A stretch of 64,000 nucleotides of DNA from Candidatus Latescibacterota bacterium (GTDB lineage Bacteria > Latescibacterota > UBA2968), in assembly GCA_965207885.1 (NCBI GenBank), contig OZ242311.1, forward strand, positions 3,872,001-3,936,000, in the 5' to 3' direction. How positions within the stretch are numbered: the stretch's first letter is position 1; each line of letters opens with the position of its first letter. Of this stretch, positions 39,268-49,691 are shown in pieces. A program made the translations under genes and the position numbers. The notes under the pieces were generated by a model that worked only from the letters and a program-made list of their open reading frames with translations, did not search any database and was not told where the DNA came from.

Positions 39268-39386
39268 GAAGTAAGAAGTGAGAAGTAAGAAGTGAGAAGA
39301 CCCCGCCCAACCGCCCAAAGGCTGGTGCTCCATCACACACTTCCTCCTTCACACTTCCTCCTTCACACTTTCTCCTTCACACTTCC
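39268..39386. repeat. Oppositely oriented heptamer tandem-repeat arms
   Basis: (GAAGTRA)x4 at about 39268-39299 and (CACACTT CCTCCTT)x3.5 at about 39336-39386. Confidence 0.8.
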
Positions 39387-41147
39387 CTAATCCGCCGCCT
39401 CAATCCGCGGAGCCTCCAACTCACTGCGCTTTCCCAACCATATAAACACACCGCCAACGCCCAGCACAAAACCGCCCACAAACAAAATCCCCAGACGTCC
39501 GATCAGTGGATTGGGCAACAAGACGAGCGTACAAATCACCCCACCAATAACCGCAGCAAAACTACCGATAATTTTGAGCTGGCGCAAATCATTTGGTATG
39601 CCGATCTCTTTCTCAAAATCAACCGGTGTCAGCATGCGATCAAAAAAGTCCTGCGCCTGCCTCCTATAAACTTCCGGCGTGCGATTCCAGAACGGCATCG
39701 TCAACAAATAAACCACTATCCCCACGGTGAGATTGACAAACACCTTCTGCTGAAATGACCAGGTCTCGCCAAAGAGTTCCGCGCTGAAAAACCCGAATGC
39801 CGATGGAATCAACGTCACACACACCGTCACAATAGCCGCCCAACTCGGCGACGTGCGAATAAACAGCCCCATCAACGCAGGCACAGCCATCGGCAACGCC
39901 AACAACGCGCCGATATTCAACATATGTTCAAACACCCCTCTGCCCTCTGTATTTGCAAAATACGTGGCAATACTCACAATGCACACCCCAAACACCGCTG
40001 AAAACACCTGTCCCAACCGCATCAGGCTCTTGCCCTTAACAGACGCTCTCCCAAACAACCGGCACAGCGTCGGATAAATATCATTCGTAAAAATCGCCGC
40101 ATTGCGGTTCAACCCCGAATCCATCGAACTCATCGTCGCCGCAAACATCGCCACCACCATCAGCCCCGTCATACCCAGCGGCAACACATTCAAACTCGCA
40201 ATAGCATACGCCGCTTCCGCAGCTTTGGGAATATCGACCGCCATCACCTCCGCGTGAAACAAAAGCCGCGCAGTCATCGGCGGAATAAACCAGATAAAAG
40301 CACCCGCCGTCATCAGCACAAAGCCCAGCCACGCAGCTTTCTGCGCCTCGCGTCCATCCTTCACCAGAAAATACCGCTGTGCCGACGTAAGCGTATTGTA
40401 TCCAATCACATTCTTCAGCAACATCGCTATAGCCCACGCATACGTATAAGCCCGCAGCGGAAACTGGTCAGGTGCGTTAAACACACCATAAGCCGACGAC
40501 AGCCCCATATTCTGAATGCCCTGAAACAAAGCACCCACGCCGCCGAGCTTTACCAGACACAACACCCCCACCAGAATAGTAATGGGAATGAGGATAAGCG
40601 TCTGCAGAAAATCCGTAGCCGTCACCGCCCAGCTACCCCCAATCAACGAATAGATCAAAACCACCGCGCCCACCACCACGATCACCTGCTCAATTTTATA
40701 TCCAAACACCGCCGAACAGAAAATCGCCAACCCCAGAAGATGCAGCGACGAATACAGGGTTTGCATCACAAACGACATCCACGCGTAAAATTGTTGTGTC
40801 GAAATACCAAAGCGCAGGCGGATAACCTCGGGACCCGTAATCGCCCTGATCTGTCGAAACCATTTGGCGAGAAACAAACCGTTAATCGCAAAACCCACTG
40901 AATTTGCCAGATAAATCACCAGCACACTCCAGCCCGCTTCATAAGCCGCACCCGCTGCACCCGAAAAAGTCCACGCACTAAACGCCGTCATAAACGCACT
41001 CGACCCCACCAGCCACCAGGTGCCCTTACAACCGTTTCGAAAATAGTCACTCACATTTTCATTAAAACGGCGAAACACCATCCCCACCCCAACCAGCACG
41101 GCCAAATAACATCCAATCACAACGTATTCAACCGATGTTTCACTCAT
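39387..41147 (-). CDS. Sodium:solute symporter (SSS) family transporter
   Basis: DYFR.G....WWL.G.S.FM..FSAWTF.GAAG.AY, GG.WAV.ATDF.Q, A.TMSSMDSGLN; multi-TM. Confidence 0.9.
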   Translation of the reverse strand: MSETSVEYVVIGCYLAVLVGVGMVFRRFNENVSDYFRNGCKGTWWLVGSSAFMTAFSAWTFSGAAGAAYEAGWSVLVIYLANSVGFAINGLFLAKWFRQIRAITGPEVIRLRFGISTQQFYAWMSFVMQTLYSSLHLLGLAIFCSAVFGYKIEQVIVVVGAVVLIYSLIGGSWAVTATDFLQTLILIPITILVGVLCLVKLGGVGALFQGIQNMGLSSAYGVFNAPDQFPLRAYTYAWAIAMLLKNVIGYNTLTSAQRYFLVKDGREAQKAAWLGFVLMTAGAFIWFIPPMTARLLFHAEVMAVDIPKAAEAAYAIASLNVLPLGMTGLMVVAMFAATMSSMDSGLNRNAAIFTNDIYPTLCRLFGRASVKGKSLMRLGQVFSAVFGVCIVSIATYFANTEGRGVFEHMLNIGALLALPMAVPALMGLFIRTSPSWAAIVTVCVTLIPSAFGFFSAELFGETWSFQQKVFVNLTVGIVVYLLTMPFWNRTPEVYRRQAQDFFDRMLTPVDFEKEIGIPNDLRQLKIIGSFAAVIGGVICTLVLLPNPLIGRLGILFVGGFVLGVGGVFIWLGKRSELEAPRIEAAD

Positions 41148-41168
41148 AGAGAAATTCCCCGGTTACCA

Positions 41169-43145
41169 TCACCAGTGATGCACAAGATGCCCTTGCCCAA
41201 AGAAAAACAACACATCCACAATAAAAATCAGCCCAATACCCAGAACATAACCGAGCATCAGCCCCATAAACAAAGGCAGAGATTGGCGATAAAGACCAAT
41301 ACCGCCAATTTTTAACAAAACGGACTTAACCGTCCACGCCACAAAAACCGTAAACACCTGCCGCTGCAAAATACCCGTTGTAAACACCGTCAATCCAATG
41401 GGACTCAACGGCCACCGCAAAAACCGGTAGCGCAAAAAACTACACAAAACGGTGAGACCCGCGCCAATACCAAAAAACATCAGCCTATCCAGACTGATGC
41501 CAAAGGGATTTTGCAATTTCATCACCACATTGCTAAAAATCACCACATTCCCGGAATTAAACGTATAAACATTAAAATTGTATGCGCCATACATATACCC
41601 CAGATACAGCGTGAACACCGCCGAAATAACCATCGACACCACCAGAGCGCACATCGTTGTCCAGAATAGCGACCGGGTCTTGAGCTTGAGCCTCGCCCCC
41701 ATCTGTGCGATATGTGCCAGCGTAGAAGCACCAAAAGTATTGCCCAGACCAAACGTCGAATAAGACAGCGCCAGAGATGCGGCGCTATTGGTATCCATCT
41801 GCCGAATACCAATCGTATAAAACGTGAAACTCTGCGGCGTAATGGGCATCCGCGCATAAGCCAAACCCGACTCGGCCACAAACCGCGTCACACCCACCGT
41901 CATCAAAATCAGCGCAAAAAGAAAAACGCCAGCCACAAGCGCGGACATACCCGAATGCCACAACCAGAAAAACAAAAACGCCGCTCCCACAATAATACCC
42001 CACACCGCCGCCCGATAAGACAACAGTTCATTCGAATCGTCCACAGCATCATCGCCGCGCATTGCCTTGCGCCACACATCCCGCAAATGAGCGCGCGCCA
42101 TCCACATACTCAACGCCGTAAATGCAAAAAAAGCCCCCATCGCCTGCCATCCCATCGCAGCGCCGCCGCGGGAGCCCCAGATATCGGACGCGCCAATAGA
42201 ATATCCCAAACGGTCAAAAACACCGGTTTGCACAATACCCAGCGCGTAGAAAAACCACAAACTGAACAACACATCGAGATTGGTAAAAAACGCGAATCCC
42301 AGAACAAAAAAATTGAACTTGATCGGAATAGCGGGAAACCCGCGCCCAATTGGCAGCGCCCATCTATCCATCAACGGAATAGGTGGAAATGTGTGCCAGA
42401 AATAACCCACGATATTCCACACCACCACAACCACGGGAATAGTCACACCAGCCCAAAACAAACGAGAATACAGAAGCCTGTATTTTCCTGCCTCAACCTC
42501 TTCCAACATCGTCAGCGGTGCTTCAGCCAGGGGAAAAGGCAGACGTTCTCGATCCACCCACTGCCGCCGCAACACAGCCATCAGCGCCACGCTCACCAGC
42601 GCCAGTGCAATGAGAAAAACACCCCACCACACAAGCGGCGTCATCCACGCATCCCAGGGAATATCAACCCCGGGAGGCTTGCCCTCAAAAAAATACGTCA
42701 TCTGATTGGCGTGATTGGGCGGCGCAGCCCATTTGGGCAACCCATCCAGCAAATAATCGCCCCACTGATTCTCGGGCGAGGCGTAATAATAAGGCGCGGC
42801 AATCCCCCCAATAAACAAACCCATAAAATTCGCCGCTGGCACAGCCCCTGCAATCCACCCCATCGAAAAAACCACCACCATCTCGCCCCGCGACAGTGCC
42901 CACTGCGGCTTTACCTGCGCCACCAGAACATTCAACGGCCACGCCAGCACCGTGAAAACCACCATAGTCGCCATCGGCAAATGGGCAAAAACCATGCGCG
43001 ACGAATGCACGATATAGGCCGAATAAGCGGGCAACAGATTCACCAGGAACGTCACCGCAATCCCCACGCAAAAGGCGCGTGTGGTCACGCTCAAATGTTT
43101 GCTCTCCGGGTGCAAATCCCGATCCATCGCTTTCAATTCGGCCAT
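41169..43145 (-). CDS. DUF6785/DUF6784 polytopic membrane protein (putative transporter)
   Basis: IPW..W..PL.WW, LRRQWVD.ERL.FPL, AW.VK...LK.GG..LYR...PLF.GL..G. Confidence 0.7.
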   Translation of the reverse strand: MAELKAMDRDLHPESKHLSVTTRAFCVGIAVTFLVNLLPAYSAYIVHSSRMVFAHLPMATMVVFTVLAWPLNVLVAQVKPQWALSRGEMVVVFSMGWIAGAVPAANFMGLFIGGIAAPYYYASPENQWGDYLLDGLPKWAAPPNHANQMTYFFEGKPPGVDIPWDAWMTPLVWWGVFLIALALVSVALMAVLRRQWVDRERLPFPLAEAPLTMLEEVEAGKYRLLYSRLFWAGVTIPVVVVVWNIVGYFWHTFPPIPLMDRWALPIGRGFPAIPIKFNFFVLGFAFFTNLDVLFSLWFFYALGIVQTGVFDRLGYSIGASDIWGSRGGAAMGWQAMGAFFAFTALSMWMARAHLRDVWRKAMRGDDAVDDSNELLSYRAAVWGIIVGAAFLFFWLWHSGMSALVAGVFLFALILMTVGVTRFVAESGLAYARMPITPQSFTFYTIGIRQMDTNSAASLALSYSTFGLGNTFGASTLAHIAQMGARLKLKTRSLFWTTMCALVVSMVISAVFTLYLGYMYGAYNFNVYTFNSGNVVIFSNVVMKLQNPFGISLDRLMFFGIGAGLTVLCSFLRYRFLRWPLSPIGLTVFTTGILQRQVFTVFVAWTVKSVLLKIGGIGLYRQSLPLFMGLMLGYVLGIGLIFIVDVLFFFGQGHLVHHW

Positions 43146-43190
43146 CGCAATCTCTCAAAAATGTAGGGGATTTCCCGCGCAATGTACCTC

Positions 43191-43231
43191 AAAAAGAAAG
43201 TGTGTGCAAGGTATCCATCCCCTGCACACAC
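43191..43231 (-). terminator. Intrinsic terminator after the porV-like gene
   Basis: GTGTGTGCA...TGCACACAC stem followed by TTTCTTTTT on the minus strand. Confidence 0.65.
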
Positions 43232-43276
43232 CGGTTGTGGTTCAGGATCTATCAGCGATCCACTCACAGACCGCTA

Positions 43277-44239
43277 TCAAAACGACCCACTAACAGCCAT
43301 GCGCAACGGCGCATCGAAATACACGCCGCCATCGCTATACGACAGATCCACGCGGATATCGCGCCCGCCAAAATCGTACTTCAGGCCAGCGCCCAAACTG
43401 TAATCCTCCACGTCGTAGTTGACCTTATATCCACCGCGCAATGCGAGCATATTGGAAATCCAAAGCTCACCGCCAAAATTCCACCGCTGACCGTAATCAG
43501 TAGCCATAATGGTCTCGGCCGCAAGCGTCAAATACGTCGGATCGCCCTGTTCCCCATAGACCTCACCTGCCAGGCCAAAATTGAAATTGATCGGCGGTGA
43601 ATACTGCTCGGTTTCCACAGTAATATCGGCACCCACATTGCGCGCGGCAGCGGCAATACGCAAACTGCGATAGCCCGTATATGCCGAAATACCCAGATCA
43701 AACTGAAAGGTACTCGTCGTTTTGAGCACCAGATCTTCCTGCACCCACCGCGCCTGCACACCCCAGGACACTTTATCGGTCATCTGACGCGCAAACATAA
43801 ACCCAATGGCTGTATCGCCGCCCTGGATCATGCGCCCGGTACCTGTGGCTTGAAAAATCGTCGTCTCCTCCACCTCTTCGGGCACAAAGCTCACAATGGA
43901 AACACCAAACGTATTACCGCCCCATTTATAAGCCAATGCCCCCGAATACAATCCCGAATTGACCAGCCAGCGCGTGTACGACAGCGCGTATTCTCCGCCC
44001 GAAACAAATCCCAGTGCGCCGGGATTGTAAAAAGACGCATCAATACCGCCGTTCATCGCGACAAAGGCTTCGCCCATAGCCACGGCACGGGGTGACGCAC
44101 CAATTTTGAGAAATGCCAGCGACGACTGCCCCTTCACCGGCAAAATCGTACCGTATTCGCCAAAATCCGACTGGGCAAAGGCCGGTCCTGTCATCAGCCC
44201 GACCACCAGCATTAGCACCAGTAATATTCGTTTGTTCAT
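43277..44239 (-). CDS. PorV/PorQ (UPF0164)-like outer-membrane beta-barrel
   Basis: Signal peptide; FLKIG.SPRA.AMGEA.VA.......YNP.AL; LRGGY; C-terminal F. Confidence 0.8.
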   Translation of the reverse strand: MNKRILLVLMLVVGLMTGPAFAQSDFGEYGTILPVKGQSSLAFLKIGASPRAVAMGEAFVAMNGGIDASFYNPGALGFVSGGEYALSYTRWLVNSGLYSGALAYKWGGNTFGVSIVSFVPEEVEETTIFQATGTGRMIQGGDTAIGFMFARQMTDKVSWGVQARWVQEDLVLKTTSTFQFDLGISAYTGYRSLRIAAAARNVGADITVETEQYSPPINFNFGLAGEVYGEQGDPTYLTLAAETIMATDYGQRWNFGGELWISNMLALRGGYKVNYDVEDYSLGAGLKYDFGGRDIRVDLSYSDGGVYFDAPLRMAVSGSF

Positions 44240-44249
44240 GTCAGGCTCC

Positions 44250-46625
44250 TTATCTCAAAATGTAAAACGTCCCCGTCACCGTTTGCCCCATACTTTCGGG
44301 CGTCAGCGATTCAACGACGTAAAAATAAATCCCGCTGGCCACATCAGGCGAAGTCACATTGCGTTCAATTTGGAACCACGATGCTTCGCCAGAACTCGCA
44401 TCGTCGTGCAGGATTTCACCCACAATATCACCCGCCACATTGAAGATTAGCACGCGGCTTTTGGGAGGCAATCCCAGAAAGCGGATCTTTTTTGAACTCT
44501 GGTAATTATAAGCCGCTTCCGACAAACTGAACGGATTGGGCACCACGCGCACGCGCTTTTCCGGCCATGACGGTGCCAGACCCGGCTGAAACGGACTGAG
44601 GTCCAGGTTCACGCGCTGCTCGGGGGCAGAATATCCACCTTCGAGTCCAGCCTGTAAATGACCCTGCACTTCTTCGGGCAAATCGCCCATGCTCGACATG
44701 CCATTGCTCCATGAACTGCGCGGTTTGGCGAAAGCCCGCACATTGTAAAAGTACCGGAACCCGGCAACTGCCGTATTGTCGCGCCACACGTATTGACCGC
44801 CCGAATAGTCCCAGGTAGATCCGGAGGTACCTGCAGTGACAGTACCTACGTCTTCCCATGGACCAAATTCCTGATAGGCGGATCGGAACACGCGATATCC
44901 CACCACATCGGCATCGCCAAAATCGGGATGCACCGACGACTCAGCGGCATCATTCCACGTCAATGTAATCTCGGCATCCTGATTCACCCCAGGCGCAAAC
45001 TTCACATCGGGTGGATAATCGGGCAGATCGTACATATTGTCGTACGCAAATTGTGCGGCCTTCAAATGCGCCACAAGAGCAGCTTCTCCCTTGCTCAACC
45101 GCGCCAATCGTTCTTCTACGGGTAGTGGAATATCTTTCAAACAAAATGCCTGCACATCGATTGCATAAGCAGACTGGCCTTCGCGGGATATCGCCTGTGC
45201 GCCTGTCCCGGCGACATAAGCCACCACGATCTTGGCCTTCTCGCCCACAGCCAGATTATACGGCCCAAAAGTGAGTGCATTGGCCATCGCATTGACGGTG
45301 GTTGGATTGGCATCGGTTGTTCCCGAAAAAGTTTCGTAAATGCCCTGCTCGGAATCGCTCTGCAAATTCGGCAAATCCGTCCTCAACCCCCAGAAATCCC
45401 GCGTTTCCCACCACTTTGACGTCCTGGGTTGTTCGCCTACTGGATTGACGTATTTGCCCTGATCGTCGGCATTAAACACATGCGACGGCCCGCTATCGCG
45501 ATAGGCCAACGGTGCAACGCCCACGTACTGCGGCGATCTCATTTGCCCGTCAAACACACCGCCCGGCAGTCTTTTTGCATTGCCGTGTACGCTTTCAAGA
45601 TAAACGGGCTGCCCGGTATCCTCTTCAGCACGCTGGATACTGTCGCCATCCCACTGATAATTCATCTTCAAATCGACGTATTCAGCAGGTCCGTCGTAAT
45701 TCGGCGCACCCGTATAGCGGTATTGATCGTCTTGTGGCTGATACGATCCGGGCATGCCAGATCCGATGCTATTCCAATTGCCCTCGCCCGACATGCTCAC
45801 CGTAAAGCCCTGAACAAATGAGAAATACGCCCCCGTTAGATTATGTCCTGCACCGCCATTCACATCGGCCACACCATCGCCATCTGAATCACCCGTGTTC
45901 TCAAATTCCACTTCCAATATGAAGAAATCGTCAAACCCCTGATAACTCCAGGCCATGGCTTTGCGCGTGATCGTAACACCGTGTTTGGTCGTCCACCTGC
46001 TAAAAACGATATCTTCTGCGCGGTCATCCTTATCGGCGTCCATATACTGGCCCCACCGATGATTCAAGACTTCATAGGGCACGCCCGTTCTCGGCGCATC
46101 GGTTTGCAATGCAGCACCGGGATACCAGTTGGGCATAATTGCTCCCGCACCCAATCCATGGGGTGGTACTTCGACCTGGTATCCCCAGTTGGCTTCGGGA
46201 CTGTTGGCAATATCGTAATACATTGGCGCGATATCCGCCGAAGGCGTCCACGGTCCCGAATACGACACGCCGTATTCGCCGCCGACATTGGTCAACACCC
46301 ATATACCTTCCCCTCCCGACAAATTCTGTGCCTCATTTTTTTGTTCAGCCCAGCTAAAACCGTTCTTTTTGCCGAAATACTCAATATAGTCCGCACCCGC
46401 CATATTGAGCATAAGGCCATTGCCCATGCCCGGATACGTCAAGCGGGGCGCACCGCGAGAACTTCGGTCATCCCAGACACCGCCCTGAGTACCCTCATTG
46501 CGGAATCCGGTCCAGAGTTGTCCTCGGGTGAGTTGCCTCAAATTCTGCGTGTCCAAAGCATAGGCACCAAACGCCCATCCCAAAACTATCAGAATCAGGA
46601 CAGCAGCTTGAAATTTCCTGTTCAT
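44250..46625 (-). CDS. Secreted protein with T9SS-type/FlgD-like C-terminal sorting domain
   Basis: Signal peptide (MNRKFQ...AYA); C-terminal VVPNPF...IRF..LP....I.IFN.AG..V...W...VASGIYFY.V. Confidence 0.7.
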   Translation of the reverse strand: MNRKFQAAVLILIVLGWAFGAYALDTQNLRQLTRGQLWTGFRNEGTQGGVWDDRSSRGAPRLTYPGMGNGLMLNMAGADYIEYFGKKNGFSWAEQKNEAQNLSGGEGIWVLTNVGGEYGVSYSGPWTPSADIAPMYYDIANSPEANWGYQVEVPPHGLGAGAIMPNWYPGAALQTDAPRTGVPYEVLNHRWGQYMDADKDDRAEDIVFSRWTTKHGVTITRKAMAWSYQGFDDFFILEVEFENTGDSDGDGVADVNGGAGHNLTGAYFSFVQGFTVSMSGEGNWNSIGSGMPGSYQPQDDQYRYTGAPNYDGPAEYVDLKMNYQWDGDSIQRAEEDTGQPVYLESVHGNAKRLPGGVFDGQMRSPQYVGVAPLAYRDSGPSHVFNADDQGKYVNPVGEQPRTSKWWETRDFWGLRTDLPNLQSDSEQGIYETFSGTTDANPTTVNAMANALTFGPYNLAVGEKAKIVVAYVAGTGAQAISREGQSAYAIDVQAFCLKDIPLPVEERLARLSKGEAALVAHLKAAQFAYDNMYDLPDYPPDVKFAPGVNQDAEITLTWNDAAESSVHPDFGDADVVGYRVFRSAYQEFGPWEDVGTVTAGTSGSTWDYSGGQYVWRDNTAVAGFRYFYNVRAFAKPRSSWSNGMSSMGDLPEEVQGHLQAGLEGGYSAPEQRVNLDLSPFQPGLAPSWPEKRVRVVPNPFSLSEAAYNYQSSKKIRFLGLPPKSRVLIFNVAGDIVGEILHDDASSGEASWFQIERNVTSPDVASGIYFYVVESLTPESMGQTVTGTFYILR

Positions 46626-46643
46626 ATCACTATCCTCCAATTC

Positions 46644-49600
46644 TCAAAACTGAATTTCCAGACCGATTTCCACTTCGCGCGGATGATACCTGTAGCGCGT
46701 GGCTTCTCTCGGGTCGCCATATAGCAAAAACTCGGTATCATCTGGCGGGGGTAGCCGCAACCCGTACTGTATATACGTGAAATCCGAATCTCGGCTCTCC
46801 GTACTCCTTTCATTGAACAAATTGCTCACCTCCAAAAATAGCGTGGGACGCAAATTGCCAATGGCTCGAAAATCTTTGGCCGCGTAAAGATCCGTCTTCA
46901 TCACCGTTGCTCCCGTGCGAAATTCGCGCGGGCCAATCGGGGGAACATACTCAAACGGCTCACCGCTGAAAATGCGGTAAATCATACTCACGCGCAGACC
47001 GCCAAATGGATTAATCGCGCCCATTTGGGGTCCATAAGCCATCGGCGTGGCATAATACAACTGAAGCGACAACTGATTCCTGCGCTGTCCGCCGGTAGGT
47101 TCTGCCGAAAAGACTTGCCCATTTGAAGCCGTCCATATCCCGTTATCATTGGTTTTGATGGGAGGCTGCCAGGGACCTGCACCTGGCCCCTGTGACCCGG
47201 CTTGCTCGGTCCAAGACACGATATTTGCCTCGGCTTTAGCGCTAATATCGGCCACTTGCTCAGATGTGAGCGGCACGGGCCTCTCCGAACCATCGGATTG
47301 CACTTCCCAATCGGTCCAGTAGTGTCCGCCCGAAATAAAATCGGCATCGGGAAGCACATACCAGTTCGCAGAGTGTTTGCCGTAGTGAACGCCACCCGGG
47401 TCGCGCACCCATTCGGCGTTGTAGGACAAATTGAACTGGAAATTATTGCTAAACGTCTTCTTCAGCGACAATTCAATCCCGCGCGCTGTCTGCCAGTAGG
47501 TATTGCGTATGGCGTTGACCTGTGAGGACTGGCCTCTGAGGGGATCTACCCAATAGGAAATGTTGTTTCTGGAGTACAATCCCTCATCGCGCCGATAGTG
47601 TGCCGTAATACTCGCCGTATAATCAGCCACAAAATTCCAATCCACCCCCATTTCCATACTCGTCGTGCGCTGGGGTTTCATGCCATCGGACGGCTGCCGC
47701 GCCGTGGTATGCACTTCCATAGCATTCCACTTTTCGGTCTCATCAATAATGCCGTTGCCATTGAGGTCATTGTCCGGCGCCTCACTCGAGAACTGTCTGC
47801 GATGGGTCTCGAGGAGCACGGGAAAGACATTCGCTCGACCAATGAAATAGTGCGCTGCCAGACGGTCTGTAATCGGGTGTGACAGGCCCACGCGAGGACT
47901 CAATGCCGTCATTGTTGGCTTCGAACTATCGAGGTGATCCATTTCATACCGCGCCCGCGTAAACGTGCTGTACATCGGCGATTTGCCCAGCGCCTCTCCC
48001 ATTGAGCCATTGCGCCCAAAATTGTAATAATCCCAGCGCAAACCCAGATTGGCGACCAGACCCCCGTACTCGATCTTGTCCTGCACGTACAGGTTCAGCG
48101 TCCACGGTTTCACATTTTTGCCCAGTTCAAAACCATCTGCCACAAACTCGAGAAAACGACTCTTGGTATTGTCAAAATCTTCTCGCGTGCGGTGATATAA
48201 CCGTTGTGTGAGCACCAATCCCGTCTGAATCAAGTGCGACCGATTGACCTGACTCACAAAATCGTATTTGATGCCGTATCTCGTATCTTCCTCTTCGGTG
48301 TATTCGCGCAACAGCGTGGGCAAATTGAAAAACCCCGCCTTATCTTTGCGCACGGCTTCGGTGGCATCCGGCACATCGAACGCATCACGGTCGTATTTGT
48401 TGTAGAAAAATTTCAGGTCGTAATACGTGTTTTCGCCCAATGTATGTGTCAGCGTCAATACCTGGAGCTGCCGCGACAAGGTGTAAGTTCCCGAAGCTGA
48501 AAAATCCTCGGGAAAGAAAATATTTTGTGCATTATTGCGCGTCGATCCCTGAAATCGATCTGACCGTTGATACATACCCAGTGCTTTAACCTTGATATCT
48601 GCACCGGGCCGATACGTCAATGTCGCCTGCATGCGCGGTGGATCGTCCGATACCTGTTCAGCCGCCGGGAACCTGGCCGGACTGCGGGCATAACTCACAC
48701 TGGCAAAATACGAAAAATCGCGTGAGAGCGGACCGCCCAATGTACCTTCCAGGCGGTGTCCACGCTTGTCCGTATAATCGACGCGTTCGTGCGCCATACG
48801 CTCGACATCGTCAGACGTTCCCAGCGTGCGATCTGGTCCTGGATCCATATACGTTTCATTCACCCAATCGGGATTGTCCCATTGCACATTGTCTTCAAAT
48901 CCGGGACTTTCATAAACATCTCGACCCCAGTGCTTTTTGCCCGCAGGTGTGAACTTATACTCCACCCGACCGGAGAAATTGCCTCGACCTTCTTTTGTCA
49001 CCAGACTCACAATACCCGCCCCCGCATTGCCAAATTCTGCATTCATACCGCCGGTTAGCACACTCAATTCCTGAATAGCCGTGGTATTTACGCCCGTAAG
49101 CATGCTCCGATCAACTTCAATCCCATCGATATAATAGCCCACCTGCGTACCCGTTTGCACCTGCGTTGAACTTCCGCGAATGCGGTTGGTGCCATCCAGC
49201 GCCATACCCGGTTGCAACGCGATCAATTGCGATGTCGATCTCACCTGCGGCACAGCCTGAATATCTGCCGCGGAAACCACGTATTTGCTCGTGGTTTTAT
49301 CTGGCTCCACAGGCGGGCGCTCCGCCACGACAACCAGCTCGGCCAATTCCAGACTGGCTTCTTTCAGTGCAAAATCCACCGTGGATGTATAATCCACAAT
49401 CACCTGCACCGCTTCTTTCTTTTCCGTGCCATAGCCCACCATCGTCGCCGTAAGGGTGTACATGCCGGGATCTACAGCCAGAATTAAATAGCGGCCCTCG
49501 GCATCGGTAGTCGCTCCTTTGCGGGTCCCTTCGAGCGTCACATTAGCGCCCGGTAAGGACTCACCTGTAGCGGCATCTGTGATGACACCCGTAATTTTTC

Positions 49601-49670
49601 CCGCTGTTGTCGCCATGGCCGATGTACCCATCAGCAACAACAAAATAAATCCCAATATTAACTGCTTCAT
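46644..49670 (-). CDS. TonB-dependent receptor
   Basis: Signal peptide, GKITG.I.DA.TGE.L.GANV carboxypeptidase-regulatory domain, plug IRG...Y.IDG...TGG.NAEFGN, terminal PR....GL...F. Confidence 0.92.
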   Translation of the reverse strand: MKQLILGFILLLLMGTSAMATTAGKITGVITDAATGESLPGANVTLEGTRKGATTDAEGRYLILAVDPGMYTLTATMVGYGTEKKEAVQVIVDYTSTVDFALKEASLELAELVVVAERPPVEPDKTTSKYVVSAADIQAVPQVRSTSQLIALQPGMALDGTNRIRGSSTQVQTGTQVGYYIDGIEVDRSMLTGVNTTAIQELSVLTGGMNAEFGNAGAGIVSLVTKEGRGNFSGRVEYKFTPAGKKHWGRDVYESPGFEDNVQWDNPDWVNETYMDPGPDRTLGTSDDVERMAHERVDYTDKRGHRLEGTLGGPLSRDFSYFASVSYARSPARFPAAEQVSDDPPRMQATLTYRPGADIKVKALGMYQRSDRFQGSTRNNAQNIFFPEDFSASGTYTLSRQLQVLTLTHTLGENTYYDLKFFYNKYDRDAFDVPDATEAVRKDKAGFFNLPTLLREYTEEEDTRYGIKYDFVSQVNRSHLIQTGLVLTQRLYHRTREDFDNTKSRFLEFVADGFELGKNVKPWTLNLYVQDKIEYGGLVANLGLRWDYYNFGRNGSMGEALGKSPMYSTFTRARYEMDHLDSSKPTMTALSPRVGLSHPITDRLAAHYFIGRANVFPVLLETHRRQFSSEAPDNDLNGNGIIDETEKWNAMEVHTTARQPSDGMKPQRTTSMEMGVDWNFVADYTASITAHYRRDEGLYSRNNISYWVDPLRGQSSQVNAIRNTYWQTARGIELSLKKTFSNNFQFNLSYNAEWVRDPGGVHYGKHSANWYVLPDADFISGGHYWTDWEVQSDGSERPVPLTSEQVADISAKAEANIVSWTEQAGSQGPGAGPWQPPIKTNDNGIWTASNGQVFSAEPTGGQRRNQLSLQLYYATPMAYGPQMGAINPFGGLRVSMIYRIFSGEPFEYVPPIGPREFRTGATVMKTDLYAAKDFRAIGNLRPTLFLEVSNLFNERSTESRDSDFTYIQYGLRLPPPDDTEFLLYGDPREATRYRYHPREVEIGLEIQF

Positions 49671-49691
49671 AATCCTCTCCTCGTTTGAGAT

